A stretch of DNA of 64,000 bases from Escherichia phage UGJNEcP1. Numbering within the stretch: position 1 is the stretch's first letter; the number at the start of each line of letters is the position of its first letter. The position numbers were made by a program, and so were the translations under genes. The DNA lies in the sequence record OV754623; one strand, given 5' to 3'. The notes under the pieces are model-generated. The model searched no databases. It saw only the letters and a program-made list of their open reading frames with translations, and was not told the DNA's origin. Shown in pieces: positions 52,180 through 61,608 of the stretch.

Positions 52180-52380
52180 TTATTCGGCCATATCAGAACG
52201 TTCAAAAAGCTCTTCAACAGTTAAACATTCAGTGTCATCCTCAATAAAGAATCGAGTCCAACACGTTGGGGCGATACAGTTATGAGTTTGTCCGGCGATA
52301 GAAGCTACACGAATAAGCTGCTGACCGTTATTCAGAACAAATTTTTCACCAATTTCAACATCTTTAAAAAGCTTAGCCAT
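52180..52380 (-). CDS. hypothetical protein (ndd.1 position)
   Basis: ORF track; promoter at 52409..52438. Confidence 0.45.
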   Translation of the reverse strand: MAKLFKDVEIGEKFVLNNGQQLIRVASIAGQTHNCIAPTCWTRFFIEDDTECLTVEELFERSDMAE

Positions 52381-52408
52381 TTTGTGTTCCTCATGTTTCA
52401 GTAGGACT

Positions 52409-52438
52409 ACTATACCATAATCCTACCTTGTTGTAAAC
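52409..52438 (-). promoter_or_regulatory. T4 early-type promoter (GTTTAC-N18-TATAGT)
   Basis: Palindrome GTAGGA...TCCTAC around the -10. Confidence 0.5.
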
Positions 52439-52630
52439 AATTAAATTACATTAAAATATGTTAAAGCCAACCATGTTCCTGTGAACGAACACGCAATGTA
52501 AAAACCCGTATCGCAAATTGTTCTTAGTACAATAAGAAGTGCATTTTTCATAAGTACCTCAATGCAATTGAAAATATTATACAAATCATAGGGATACTAA
52601 GCAACCATATTCCGATCCACATTTTAGAGC

Positions 52631-52894
52631 TCATAGCTCAACTTCCGCCAGTTCCATATATCCTTTGTTGATAGTCTCTTTAAGGTCTTTAGAAAGAATG
52701 ACATTAAAATGGTCGTTCATATGTCCGTTAACTAAACGAGTTATTTCGGCTTCAGATGACATATAAGGCACGTCTGAGTCCCAATGAGATAGTCCCAAAT
52801 GGGTATAAATCATCCCTTCGTCATCTGCAGTGTTGTACATTGAAACAAATTCGCCTGTTACTTTATGTTTTGCGTAGAAAAATTTAAATTTCAT
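52631..52894 (-). CDS. hypothetical protein
   Basis: ORF track; promoter at 52921..52950. Confidence 0.45.
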   Translation of the reverse strand: MKFKFFYAKHKVTGEFVSMYNTADDEGMIYTHLGLSHWDSDVPYMSSEAEITRLVNGHMNDHFNVILSKDLKETINKGYMELAEVEL

Positions 52895-52920
52895 AATGTT
52901 ATCCTCTTTTAGATAGGACT

Positions 52921-52950
52921 ACTATAACATAGTCCTACTTAGTTGTAAAC
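52921..52950 (-). promoter_or_regulatory. T4 early-type promoter (GTTTAC-N18-TATAGT)
   Basis: Palindrome TAGGACTA...TAGTCCTA around the -10. Confidence 0.5.
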
Positions 52951-52962
52951 ACTTTTATGAAA

Positions 52963-53520
52963 TTAAAGATGAAGATACCACCCGTTGTAGTTGCTCTTGC
53001 GGACGATTTTCTTTAGGTCTTCATGGTCTCCCACAAACTTTATAGAATAAGAGAAGACGTCAGGTGAGGTTTCTTTGACATCTAATATAATAATGCAATC
53101 TGCGACTCGATGATTCAAGAAGGGCCCTATATTGATTCCATTACCACCCGGATAATCACCGCTGTATCCTGTGGTAACCGAAATCCATTTAGAATCTATC
53201 TGATGGGTCTTTACTTCTACGCGTAGACCACAGTACTTAGGATGAGCTAAAACGTCCCACGCATACGTGTACGGGTCTTCTACGTCTTCAATACCTTTAT
53301 TAACATATCCGTCTAGCCAATTTGCTACTACGTACTCTGCAAAGACCGCAACCTTACAACGTCGAACTACATCTTCTTTGTTTTGGTCAGGATTTTGGCT
53401 CAGGGAATACCGAGCAGTGTCAGCAATCTTCACCTTCATTTCACTAGTCAAAAACTCATTCGACAGGATAAATGTCGGAAGATTCTTCAGTCTCAACAGT
53501 CCCAAGTTCGTCTTTACCAT
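52963..53520 (-). CDS. endonuclease IV-like protein (denB position)
   Basis: ORF 52963..53583 trimmed to Met 22 (GAGGT SD), giving 185 aa as T4 DenB; assignment by size and synteny only. Confidence 0.45.
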   Translation of the reverse strand: MVKTNLGLLRLKNLPTFILSNEFLTSEMKVKIADTARYSLSQNPDQNKEDVVRRCKVAVFAEYVVANWLDGYVNKGIEDVEDPYTYAWDVLAHPKYCGLRVEVKTHQIDSKWISVTTGYSGDYPGGNGINIGPFLNHRVADCIIILDVKETSPDVFSYSIKFVGDHEDLKKIVRKSNYNGWYLHL

Positions 53521-53743
53521 AGATACCTCTGATGTGTAGTTCGCCAAAATAAATGCGGTCACCTTCTTCAAGATATTCAGCATCTACAGATGGAATTTCA
53601 ATAACAACTTCGTCGCATTCTAACCAGCCGTAGTGTGCATCACCAGGATGTTTTACCAATTTAGCACAATAAACTGATTTACACTTATGATGACCACGAA
53701 GATTAGCAATTTTGGATTCTGATACGTCAAATGGATGAATCAT
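53456..53743 (-). CDS. hypothetical protein (denB.1 position)
   Basis: ORF track; SD after the rIIB terminator hairpin. Confidence 0.4.
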   Translation of the reverse strand: MIHPFDVSESKIANLRGHHKCKSVYCAKLVKHPGDAHYGWLECDEVVIEIPSVDAEYLEEGDRIYFGELHIRGIYGKDELGTVETEESSDIYPVE

Positions 53744-53763
53744 AATTACCCCTAAAGAAAAAA

Positions 53764-53779
53764 GGGGACCGAAGTCCCC
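53764..53779 (-). terminator. intrinsic terminator after rIIB (GGGGAC-UUCG-GUCCCC plus U-run)
   Basis: Hairpin followed by TTTTTCTTT on the minus strand. Confidence 0.6.
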
Positions 53780-53784
53780 AATTA

Positions 53785-54732
53785 TTATTCTGCAAATAAT
53801 TCAGTAACGTCTGAAATTACTTCATAACGACATGTACGCATCTTAGCATCACCATAGTCAACTGGGATGGATACAACATCACGTGGATGAACTTTAACCT
53901 TAACAACTTTATCTGAGCTAGAACCAAAGTAACGAATATATGATTTAGCACAAACGTGGAGACCGCGAGAACAGGTTTGTGTATCATCGTCGTTAACTCG
54001 AGTACGAGGCATTGAAACAACTTTACCAGGCGAGTTATCAAATGTGCCACTATAGCAATCTAAATAGTCTTTACGAACTACTTTCCATGCATAGAAATAC
54101 CCATCTTCAGTGATTTCAATATCGTTTGCAACCAAGAAGTCGAATAAACGTTGTACAGCTTTTTCGCTTGGGTTTTCTAACAGGTTTTCAAGGAATGGCA
54201 GATAGAATTTAAAGTCTTCACCTTTTTCCATGGAATCAATAATACGGTTAACCAGCCCTGAACGAATCTCTATACCTTGATAAAATAAACTACCACCTTC
54301 AATAGTAACATTACCGTCAACAAACTTACTAATAGCTTTCTTGATGTTAATAAGTTCGACAGCTTTACTAAGGTTTCCTGCGACCAAATTAGCTTTAATT
54401 TCTTCAAAATTTGCATGACTTGATGGGGTCGCATTGTATGCTACGCGTCCTTCAATGATTGAAATAAATTTAGATGACGCGTTCCATATGATTTCAGGAC
54501 GATGTCCGCCGATAATAGGTTCATCATTTTCTGGAACTTCTTCGATTACATAAGAGGCATCGTTTGCTTCAGGGACAACGCCTTCAGCTTTAAAATTCTT
54601 AACAATCTTACGAAGAGTATCTGTTGAAATGTCGAAGTAATCGGCAATTTCTTTACGAGTCCATTTGCCTGATTCAACCAGGCCGTAAGCTTCTAACTGT
54701 TCTTCTTGGGACAAGCATTTGATATTGTACAT
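53785..54732 (-). CDS. rIIB: rIIB membrane-associated protein
   Basis: 315 aa (T4 rIIB 312 aa); near-identical central and C-terminal segments (YFYAWKVVR, HVCAKSYIR). Confidence 0.9.
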   Translation of the reverse strand: MYNIKCLSQEEQLEAYGLVESGKWTRKEIADYFDISTDTLRKIVKNFKAEGVVPEANDASYVIEEVPENDEPIIGGHRPEIIWNASSKFISIIEGRVAYNATPSSHANFEEIKANLVAGNLSKAVELINIKKAISKFVDGNVTIEGGSLFYQGIEIRSGLVNRIIDSMEKGEDFKFYLPFLENLLENPSEKAVQRLFDFLVANDIEITEDGYFYAWKVVRKDYLDCYSGTFDNSPGKVVSMPRTRVNDDDTQTCSRGLHVCAKSYIRYFGSSSDKVVKVKVHPRDVVSIPVDYGDAKMRTCRYEVISDVTELFAE

Positions 54733-54741
54733 AATGTTTCC

Positions 54742-56955
54742 TTATTTGGCCGCTTCCACGGCCTTCATGAATTTAACGATTTGAGCGACCTGTTCTTTTG
54801 AAAGAGTACCACGTCGTCCCATGTATTCTGACACAATATGATAATTGGTTTCAAATTCAATAACCATTTTATCATCATTATCGTAAGCATTATCTTTAAG
54901 CTTATCGAAAATTTTAGCACACAATTCTAACTTCCTGTTCAGGTCTGTATTAGTAGCACCTGCGAATCGATTCCATCCCCAGCGATTATTTACTGTTGAG
55001 AGTTTTGCAAAGTCTTTACTGATTTCTTTGTTCTTAGAGCTAAAATACTTACTAAGGAAGTTAAGCTCTTCATTACGAGTAATATGATTCAAATAAGGCT
55101 GTGCTCTACGACTTGGTGATACATACTCATCATAATCTACTTTATCGATTAGCATAATATAGTCATTAATTGATTTTTCAAACAAACATTCTACTTCACC
55201 AAGTTTACGAACTTTCTTAGCAATCTGTGGGCGAACTACAGTGAACTCTTTAATACCTGACAAATCGGCAATACGAGTCAAGAAATTAGAATCATAGTTC
55301 AACCAACCTTTATCTGCGTCAAGACATTCAGCGTTAGAACGATTACGAATTACAACATAACCTTGAATCTCATCAGCTTTACCGGCCGGAATAAAGAGAT
55401 CTTCTGATACCCAAACATCGTTTTCATTCTTAAAGAACCGATGAGCACTCGGCGATTTAGGACGAGGCTGCGATGAACGTTCTTTAACTTCAATCCACGG
55501 TTTAACTAATGCAAGAATTTCAGATGTCTTATAAAATTTAAGGCTATCACCAGCGAAAATAACCTTTAATCGTTCCAGAAGTTTCATTGCAACTTCATCT
55601 TCCGGGTTAATGAATAATACGCTACTACCCCATCCGGAAGGAACCTTATCAACGAGTGTTGATGCATCGGTGGAAGTCAAAGCATCGTTCAGAGCACGCA
55701 TCATTGGTACGCGGCCTTTCACATCGTCAATAACGATATCAATATGCTTACGACTAATACCTAGCAGGCTATTAATTGAAATAGTTGCAGACGAGCTTCC
55801 GCTTTCACGAATACGACGAAGTCGTGGGTCTGAAACGATATCATATACAACGCCAAGGTTGCACCATTCAGGTCCCATTTTAAAACGTTTGTACAACTCA
55901 GAATAAGTTAGTTGTTCTTTAGAGTATTTCAGTGATTCAATATTAGAACCGGCTTTTTCCATATATTTACGAGCAGAGTAACCAAGAGAATCGATTTCAC
56001 GGAATACATGACGTGGATATTCACAATCAATCCATTTCTTAGAATCTTCAGCAAATAATTTTGCATCGATTTCTGCAACACGTTTATGGATATTTGCTAC
56101 TGTACGTTTATCAAATGACAATGCTTCACGAGACGGGGCTACATCTAGTTCACCCATAGGGAATTTAATATAAGCTGTAGTGCATCGCGTCATCATCCAT
56201 GTTTGTTCTTTAATAACACTTCCGATTGGATATACAATACCGCCATAAACAGCCATGATATTACCACGTTCACCCCATGGAGCTTCCTTGGCCAAATATA
56301 CATCGTCAAATTCAGGAAAGTATTTAATATCTTTAACACCGCGAACTTCTGCAATATCACCTAGAGGACGCATAACATATGCAATTTCAGATGCGAACTT
56401 TTCAAAATCTTCTGGGTTAACAGGTACAACTACTTCTACACCCGTACGGTCATCAGGACCCATCTTATCTACAAAGGTTGGCTTAATCTGTGGACCACTG
56501 TCATCTTGGTAGATTACGTAACCACGAACTTCACCGTTGTGATAAGACGTAAGGTTAAACGTATCAGTATATGCTAGCGGAGCTTTAGAGCCGAGTCCGA
56601 ATCCACCAATGAAATCGTTACTCGATGTTTTAGTTGAAGCAAAATATGAGTTATAGATTCCTGGCTCTTCGTCATTACCTCGAATGGTGAAATCACTCAT
56701 ACCAGGACCAAAGTCTCGAACTACAAAACGTGGGTCTAAACGACCTGGTGCCTGAACAATAAACTTATCAGTGCAACCATTAAGAATTTGTCCATCGATA
56801 CAGTTTGTGATTAATTCACGTACACAAGCCAATTCTTTGTTTGTATAAAGGTCATTAGACAAAATCTTATAAACTTTGCTATTGCCTTGAATAGTAAATG
56901 CTGTGCTCTTACCGCCTGAACCAATAATCGTTTCTTTAGCCGTTTCAATAATCAT
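54742..56955 (-). CDS. rIIA: rIIA membrane-associated protein
   Basis: 737 aa (T4 rIIA 725 aa); directly upstream of rIIB. Confidence 0.9.
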   Translation of the reverse strand: MIIETAKETIIGSGGKSTAFTIQGNSKVYKILSNDLYTNKELACVRELITNCIDGQILNGCTDKFIVQAPGRLDPRFVVRDFGPGMSDFTIRGNDEEPGIYNSYFASTKTSSNDFIGGFGLGSKAPLAYTDTFNLTSYHNGEVRGYVIYQDDSGPQIKPTFVDKMGPDDRTGVEVVVPVNPEDFEKFASEIAYVMRPLGDIAEVRGVKDIKYFPEFDDVYLAKEAPWGERGNIMAVYGGIVYPIGSVIKEQTWMMTRCTTAYIKFPMGELDVAPSREALSFDKRTVANIHKRVAEIDAKLFAEDSKKWIDCEYPRHVFREIDSLGYSARKYMEKAGSNIESLKYSKEQLTYSELYKRFKMGPEWCNLGVVYDIVSDPRLRRIRESGSSSATISINSLLGISRKHIDIVIDDVKGRVPMMRALNDALTSTDASTLVDKVPSGWGSSVLFINPEDEVAMKLLERLKVIFAGDSLKFYKTSEILALVKPWIEVKERSSQPRPKSPSAHRFFKNENDVWVSEDLFIPAGKADEIQGYVVIRNRSNAECLDADKGWLNYDSNFLTRIADLSGIKEFTVVRPQIAKKVRKLGEVECLFEKSINDYIMLIDKVDYDEYVSPSRRAQPYLNHITRNEELNFLSKYFSSKNKEISKDFAKLSTVNNRWGWNRFAGATNTDLNRKLELCAKIFDKLKDNAYDNDDKMVIEFETNYHIVSEYMGRRGTLSKEQVAQIVKFMKAVEAAK

Positions 56956-56967
56956 ATTTTTCTCTCA

Positions 56968-57168
56968 TCACAAGTTACGTTTAAAAATTTCTGCCACTTC
57001 GAGAAGTTCTTCTTTAGTAGCTGTATCGGTTTGTATTTTATATCGAATTTCTTTAAAGCGTTCTTTAAAGGACTCTGCTGACTCGATATCAAAAAATCTT
57101 TGGATAAGCCGGAATTCCCGGAGCACTGCTTTATCAAAAAGTTCCAAGTCCACGTTATATGTTCTCAT
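56968..57168 (-). CDS. hypothetical protein (rIIA.1 position)
   Basis: 66-aa ORF; preferred over the overlapping 56952..57137 frame on composition. Confidence 0.5.
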   Translation of the reverse strand: MRTYNVDLELFDKAVLREFRLIQRFFDIESAESFKERFKEIRYKIQTDTATKEELLEVAEIFKRNL

Positions 57169-57260
57169 AATATTCTCTTCAGTAGATTCCTAGGGCACTA
57201 TTACTAAAGACCATATAATCTATCATCTTATGTGTAATAGTGCCTCAGGCTATTCAGGAT

Positions 57261-58361
57261 TTACGCTGTGAAGATTTTATCCCACATCGCAACAACTGCA
57301 TCTCGGTTATACTTCTTCCATACTGCTTCAGCACGTTTAACTCGAGCTTCGTATGTGTCAGTGAATTCTAATACAGCTTTTGTGTAAAGCGCAACTACTT
57401 CTTTCTTAGGAGTAGAGGAATCAATTTCTACACGCACAGTATCTGGGTCGTATTCGAATGTCGCATGAGGATAATCCTTAAAAACTAACTGGATTACAGG
57501 GACACCTTTAGAGATGGCTTCAATAGAACTATTCTCTACAGTACCTGTGTCAGGACACGTATTAATAAGTGCTTTAGCTGTTTTAAGACGTTCCATAATT
57601 TCACTGTGTGGAGCATCAATAATAACAGGATATTTAGCTGGTGGCGCCCATTTGCTTGGACAGTATCCTGCACCATTTTCGCCTAGTGCTTTAATCGCTT
57701 CAAGAGCAACATCAGTACGACGCATTTTAGTGTCATAACGTTGTGCACTAATAATCAGATCCGTCGCCGGAAGAACTTCTGGCTTTTCAGTCAAACAAAT
57801 AACCGGATAATCTTCGGCTTCAAACAACGGATTTGCTCGCCAATAATCATAATCAATTTTGTCAGTCAGACCTGAAGTCATATAACAATATTTGCGTTCA
57901 AATTCACGGAAGGCTTTAGTAGGAGCATAACTCTTACCACCATTCTTATGAATTTGAATAGTCTGGTCCCAAATTTGAACAATGCCACGAGATACCGGTT
58001 CAAATGGTGTTGCCATAAAATTCTTATGAACTTTAGAGAGACCTGCGTCTTTAATTGCCTGAACGGTTAGTTTAGTCGGTTCCATAGTAACAACAAAATC
58101 GTATTCATGGATGCCGGCTAGTTCAACAATCTTACGAGCCATAGTATAACTCATACCTAGACTGAATTTAGTCAGATGACCAACAGGATGATGATTAACT
58201 TTCCAATCACCAAATGTGTCATTATCAAAACCGATATAATCAATATCAGCACCGATGGACACAAGATATTTCAACACGTTCAAATGAACCGCTTCAAGAC
58301 CACCTTGTACACGGTCAGGATTAAATGGGACTGCACGAGATGGGATAAACATAACTTTCAT
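57261..58361 (-). CDS. candidate GT-B fold glycosyltransferase
   Basis: 366 aa; Rossmann-like N-terminus (MKVMFIPS...GGLE) and C-terminal E-x(n)-E...G-PVI motif (VENSSIEAISKGVPVI). Confidence 0.5.
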   Translation of the reverse strand: MKVMFIPSRAVPFNPDRVQGGLEAVHLNVLKYLVSIGADIDYIGFDNDTFGDWKVNHHPVGHLTKFSLGMSYTMARKIVELAGIHEYDFVVTMEPTKLTVQAIKDAGLSKVHKNFMATPFEPVSRGIVQIWDQTIQIHKNGGKSYAPTKAFREFERKYCYMTSGLTDKIDYDYWRANPLFEAEDYPVICLTEKPEVLPATDLIISAQRYDTKMRRTDVALEAIKALGENGAGYCPSKWAPPAKYPVIIDAPHSEIMERLKTAKALINTCPDTGTVENSSIEAISKGVPVIQLVFKDYPHATFEYDPDTVRVEIDSSTPKKEVVALYTKAVLEFTDTYEARVKRAEAVWKKYNRDAVVAMWDKIFTA

Positions 58362-58387
58362 AATTAAGCCTTATTAAAATTAAAATG

Positions 58388-58405
58388 AAGCTCCCGAAGG
58401 AGCTT
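58388..58405 (-). terminator. hairpin AAGCUCC-UUCG-GGAGCUU at the 3' end of gene 39
   Basis: Overlaps the last codons and stop of gene 39; U-rich sequence downstream. Confidence 0.4.
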
Positions 58406-60221
58406 AGGACATCCATTCTTTACGAAGTTCTGAATCATCACCCATCAACATTTCAAAGAGTTCTTTCCAATTTTCAGGAAGTTTAACTACGTCGTACACA
58501 GGGTTCTGAATCATTTCACGATATTCTGACTTTTCAAGGGAGCCTAATCCCTTGATGTATCTAATACTATGCTTAGGCAGTGTATCTTTAACTTCTTCAT
58601 ACTCAGCTACAGTATAAAACCATTTTTGAGTTTTGCCAATTTGTGCAATAATTACAGGCGTTTTAACAAAACGAATACGTCCTTGTTCAAACAATTCAGG
58701 CCAATTACTAAAGAAAGCAAGCAAAGCCGGATAGATACTTCCAAGACCGTCGTGATCTGCATCGGTCATAATTGCAATATTACGATAGTTCGTATTCTCT
58801 GCCTTTTCACCAAGAATAAGACCTGTGATAGCACAGATATCGAAGAGCTCTTTGTTCTTCATCATATCGGCATATGACATACCCCAGCTATTCATCACCT
58901 TACCACGTAATGGGAATCCACCGTGTAGTTCACGGTCACGAACATCAATGAGATAACCAATTGCCGAATCACCTTCTGTTAAAAACAATGTTGTATCTGC
59001 ATCTTTACCGCATTGGTTAGCTTTAATATGCTTATGAACCTTAGCTTTAGTTGCCTTTTTAGCTGCTTTAGTTTCTGCAGCCTTTTCTGCCGCCAATTTA
59101 CGAGCTAATGCTGCTTCAACAATAGGCATAATCAAGGCTTCGTTTTTAAGAAGTGCCTGAGCAATTTTCTTAGCATCTAATTGGATATGATTACGAATAT
59201 CACCGTACGTTGACGTTAAACGCTCTTTAGTCTGAGAATCAAAACGCATGTTGCTCATGTCTCTAATAAACATCAACATTGTGAGACATTCTTTAACACG
59301 AGCTTTAGTGACTTCAATACCCTTATATTTCTTTTTAATACCTGGCAAAAGATGTTCACAGATATCATCCATTACACATTCAACATGATGACCACCATTT
59401 TTAGTATGGATGTTATTCACATAAGTTAAATGACGGAAGCCATCTGGTGATGTTGTGAATGCTATAGAAACTTTATCATTTTCTTGAATGATGTTATCTT
59501 CACCAAATTGTTTAGCAAATCGTTTAAAATTACCATCAACCTTTTTACCATTAAATGTGAACTTGATATCAGGATAAACGACTGCCAATGTTTGAAGTCG
59601 GTCTAAAGTAATATCTAAATAAATTTGAGATAAATTGTGCTCTTCAAACGAAGAGAAATCAGGAGTGAAGATTACTTTAGTGCCTTTACCTTTAGATTTC
59701 TTAGAAGACCATGATTTGTTTTCCATTCCATTTGAACAGTTAACAGTGATTTCATTTTCGCCATCTGACGTAATGCCTGTAAACAACGTAGAGAAGATAT
59801 TAGTTAAACTACTCCCGACGCCATTCATACCACCAGTCTTGCGTTCAGAGTCATCACCAAAGTTACCACCGGCCTTTGGAATAGTCCAGGCTGCTACAGG
59901 CCCAGGAATTTGTTCACCTGTTTGGTCGGTAACTAAACCTTGAGGAATACCACGTCCGTTATCTTCCACCGAAACTTGATTATTTTTAATTTGCACATCA
60001 ATTTTATTTGCAAACTTAAATGATGTACGAATAGCTTCATCAACCGAGTTGTCAATAATCTCATCGATTAATTTAACCAGACCAGGAACATATTCAACTT
60101 GTTGATATTTACCAAACAAAAAACGCTCATGTGCTTCTTTAGCTGAAGAACCAATATACATACCACTGCGTTTCTTAATATGTTCTACATCCGACAATAC
60201 CTTAATTTCATTTTTAATCAT
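58404..60221 (-). CDS. 39: DNA topoisomerase II large subunit gp39 (unsplit 39+60 form)
   Basis: 605 aa; GHKL ATPase N-terminus; one continuous ORF covering what T4 splits into genes 39 and 60. Confidence 0.9.
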   Translation of the reverse strand: MIKNEIKVLSDVEHIKKRSGMYIGSSAKEAHERFLFGKYQQVEYVPGLVKLIDEIIDNSVDEAIRTSFKFANKIDVQIKNNQVSVEDNGRGIPQGLVTDQTGEQIPGPVAAWTIPKAGGNFGDDSERKTGGMNGVGSSLTNIFSTLFTGITSDGENEITVNCSNGMENKSWSSKKSKGKGTKVIFTPDFSSFEEHNLSQIYLDITLDRLQTLAVVYPDIKFTFNGKKVDGNFKRFAKQFGEDNIIQENDKVSIAFTTSPDGFRHLTYVNNIHTKNGGHHVECVMDDICEHLLPGIKKKYKGIEVTKARVKECLTMLMFIRDMSNMRFDSQTKERLTSTYGDIRNHIQLDAKKIAQALLKNEALIMPIVEAALARKLAAEKAAETKAAKKATKAKVHKHIKANQCGKDADTTLFLTEGDSAIGYLIDVRDRELHGGFPLRGKVMNSWGMSYADMMKNKELFDICAITGLILGEKAENTNYRNIAIMTDADHDGLGSIYPALLAFFSNWPELFEQGRIRFVKTPVIIAQIGKTQKWFYTVAEYEEVKDTLPKHSIRYIKGLGSLEKSEYREMIQNPVYDVVKLPENWKELFEMLMGDDSELRKEWMS

Positions 60222-60270
60222 GTTGTCTCCTCGTTATGAAGGTATTCTATCATCCGAAATCTAAAGCAAA

Positions 60271-60286
60271 AAGGGCCGAAGCCCTT
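60271..60286 (-). terminator. intrinsic terminator (AAGGGC-UUCG-GCCCUU plus U-run)
   Basis: Hairpin followed by TTTTTGC on the minus strand, between gene 39 and the ORF at 60285..60728. Confidence 0.55.
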
Positions 60287-60728
60287 ATTTAAATTTAATT
60301 TTCTGAAGTGCATCAATTGCAGCTAAACGCCCTTGTTCACTTTTAACTGTAATGACCACATCGCCTGATACGATCACCGAACCATCAACAAATTCTATAG
60401 AGCCTTTTTTGAAATCGACAGCTGTATCTGGTTCCGGAACTTCTTCAAAGAATTTAAATTCTGCACCATAAATCAGAATATCACCTTGCATACTAATGAT
60501 TGTACGTCTAGGTCCATCGGTTTCAGCGGCAATCATTGAAACACCATAACCAATCATCTCTTCTACAATAAAATCTCTTGATAATAAAACTGTATGCAGA
60601 GTAGTGTTAAGACGTTTACCAGTTGTATTAAGAATTCTCAAGAAATTATCTTCTTGACCTTTGATAATACGATATTTCTTACCAACTTCAAAACCTTTAA
60701 AACCTTTAAAAGCCGTATTAAAAGCCAT
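60285..60728 (-). CDS. hypothetical protein
   Basis: ORF track; terminator hairpin at its 3' end. Confidence 0.5.
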   Translation of the reverse strand: MAFNTAFKGFKGFEVGKKYRIIKGQEDNFLRILNTTGKRLNTTLHTVLLSRDFIVEEMIGYGVSMIAAETDGPRRTIISMQGDILIYGAEFKFFEEVPEPDTAVDFKKGSIEFVDGSVIVSGDVVITVKSEQGRLAAIDALQKIKFK

Positions 60729-60730
60729 AA

Positions 60731-60910
60731 TTAACCCTTCTTAAGTAAGTCGTAAAAACCACCGTTCACATGTTTAGGAGCAGAAACCCGACGAGTAGAC
60801 AGACGATGACATTCAGGGCAAACATCGTTTTCTCGTTCAGAAATCCTTTTAATTTTTTCATATTCATGACCACAATCTTCAGATTGACATTTATAGTCGT
60901 ATAACGGCAT
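60731..60910 (-). CDS. FmdB-family zinc-ribbon protein, 59 aa
   Basis: Hand-translated ([20 protein letters not shown]...VCPECH...RRVSAP); two CxxC pairs and the FmdB-like MP.Y.Y.C..CGH..E pattern; TAATG overlap with the upstream ORF. Confidence 0.5.
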   Translation of the reverse strand: MPLYDYKCQSEDCGHEYEKIKRISERENDVCPECHRLSTRRVSAPKHVNGGFYDLLKKG

Positions 60911-61323
60911 TATTGTTCCTTAAAATGTGCTTTCAACATTTGATACAAAGACCATGCCTGGTCGTTATTTTCGATAGTAATCGTCATCACAGGAAATTCA
61001 GACAATTCGTCAAGTTCATCAGAATCTTGCTCTTCAGACGCTTGATATGGATTTCCAACTTCGTCAAAGAACTCTGCTTCATTCGTGGAGAGCCAGATAA
61101 AGTTTTCATCAAGGATATCACCGCCTGTTGCGTATCCAACCGTGCCAGTAGATGTTAAAATTTTAGTAGGACGTCCGAGATGGTCAACATCTAATACTTT
61201 AAATGGTTCCATGCCAAGACGTCGTGCATAAATCCCATTATCAGTGTGGTCTTTAATAAACTCTTCTTGGGCACGTTTATCTATAAATTGATACCATGAG
61301 TTAACGCGGAATTTATTAGCCAT
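60910..61323 (-). CDS. hypothetical protein
   Basis: ORF 60910..61341 starts on TTG in the track; trimmed to the ATG at Met 7, which overlaps the upstream stop (TAATG). Confidence 0.5.
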   Translation of the reverse strand: MANKFRVNSWYQFIDKRAQEEFIKDHTDNGIYARRLGMEPFKVLDVDHLGRPTKILTSTGTVGYATGGDILDENFIWLSTNEAEFFDEVGNPYQASEEQDSDELDELSEFPVMTITIENNDQAWSLYQMLKAHFKEQ

Positions 61324-61550
61324 TAGTAAGTTTCCTTCCAATAAGTTGTACCATTTTCAGTGATTTCACGGAAGATACCATAGATAGGCATTTCATCGCC
61401 GAGTTTTTCGTAAACGTAAACCACTTCGGTGTAGCATAAAAATTCAGTCCAGTTTTTCTGTACAACAACTAAATCAGGATTAAACAGAACATCTTCAAAC
61501 TCATCGATGTTTGAATCGGTAGTTACGTTTTTAATGATTTGACGTTTCAT
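61323..61550 (-). CDS. hypothetical protein
   Basis: ORF 61323..61595 trimmed to Met 16 (GAGGAG SD); the track start falls inside the predicted promoter. Confidence 0.45.
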   Translation of the reverse strand: MKRQIIKNVTTDSNIDEFEDVLFNPDLVVVQKNWTEFLCYTEVVYVYEKLGDEMPIYGIFREITENGTTYWKETY

Positions 61551-61578
61551 AATATTCTCCTCTTGTTTTGATAGGTCT

Positions 61579-61608
61579 ATAGTATCATAGACCATAGTTG
61601 TTGTACAT
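61579..61608 (-). promoter_or_regulatory. possible early-type promoter (weak -35, TACTAT -10)
   Basis: Conserved leader TATAGACCTATCAAAACAAGAGGAG; -35 deviates from GTTTAC. Confidence 0.3.

Noticed and set aside
56952-57137. 61-aa minus ORF overlapping the rIIA.1 candidate
   Set aside because: Different frame of the same region; the 56968..57168 translation has better composition and spacing to rIIA.
57193-57245. Inverted repeat GGGCACTATTAC / GTAATAGTGCC upstream of rIIA.1
   Set aside because: Could be a promoter-embedding stem like others, but no clear -35/-10 pair was identified.
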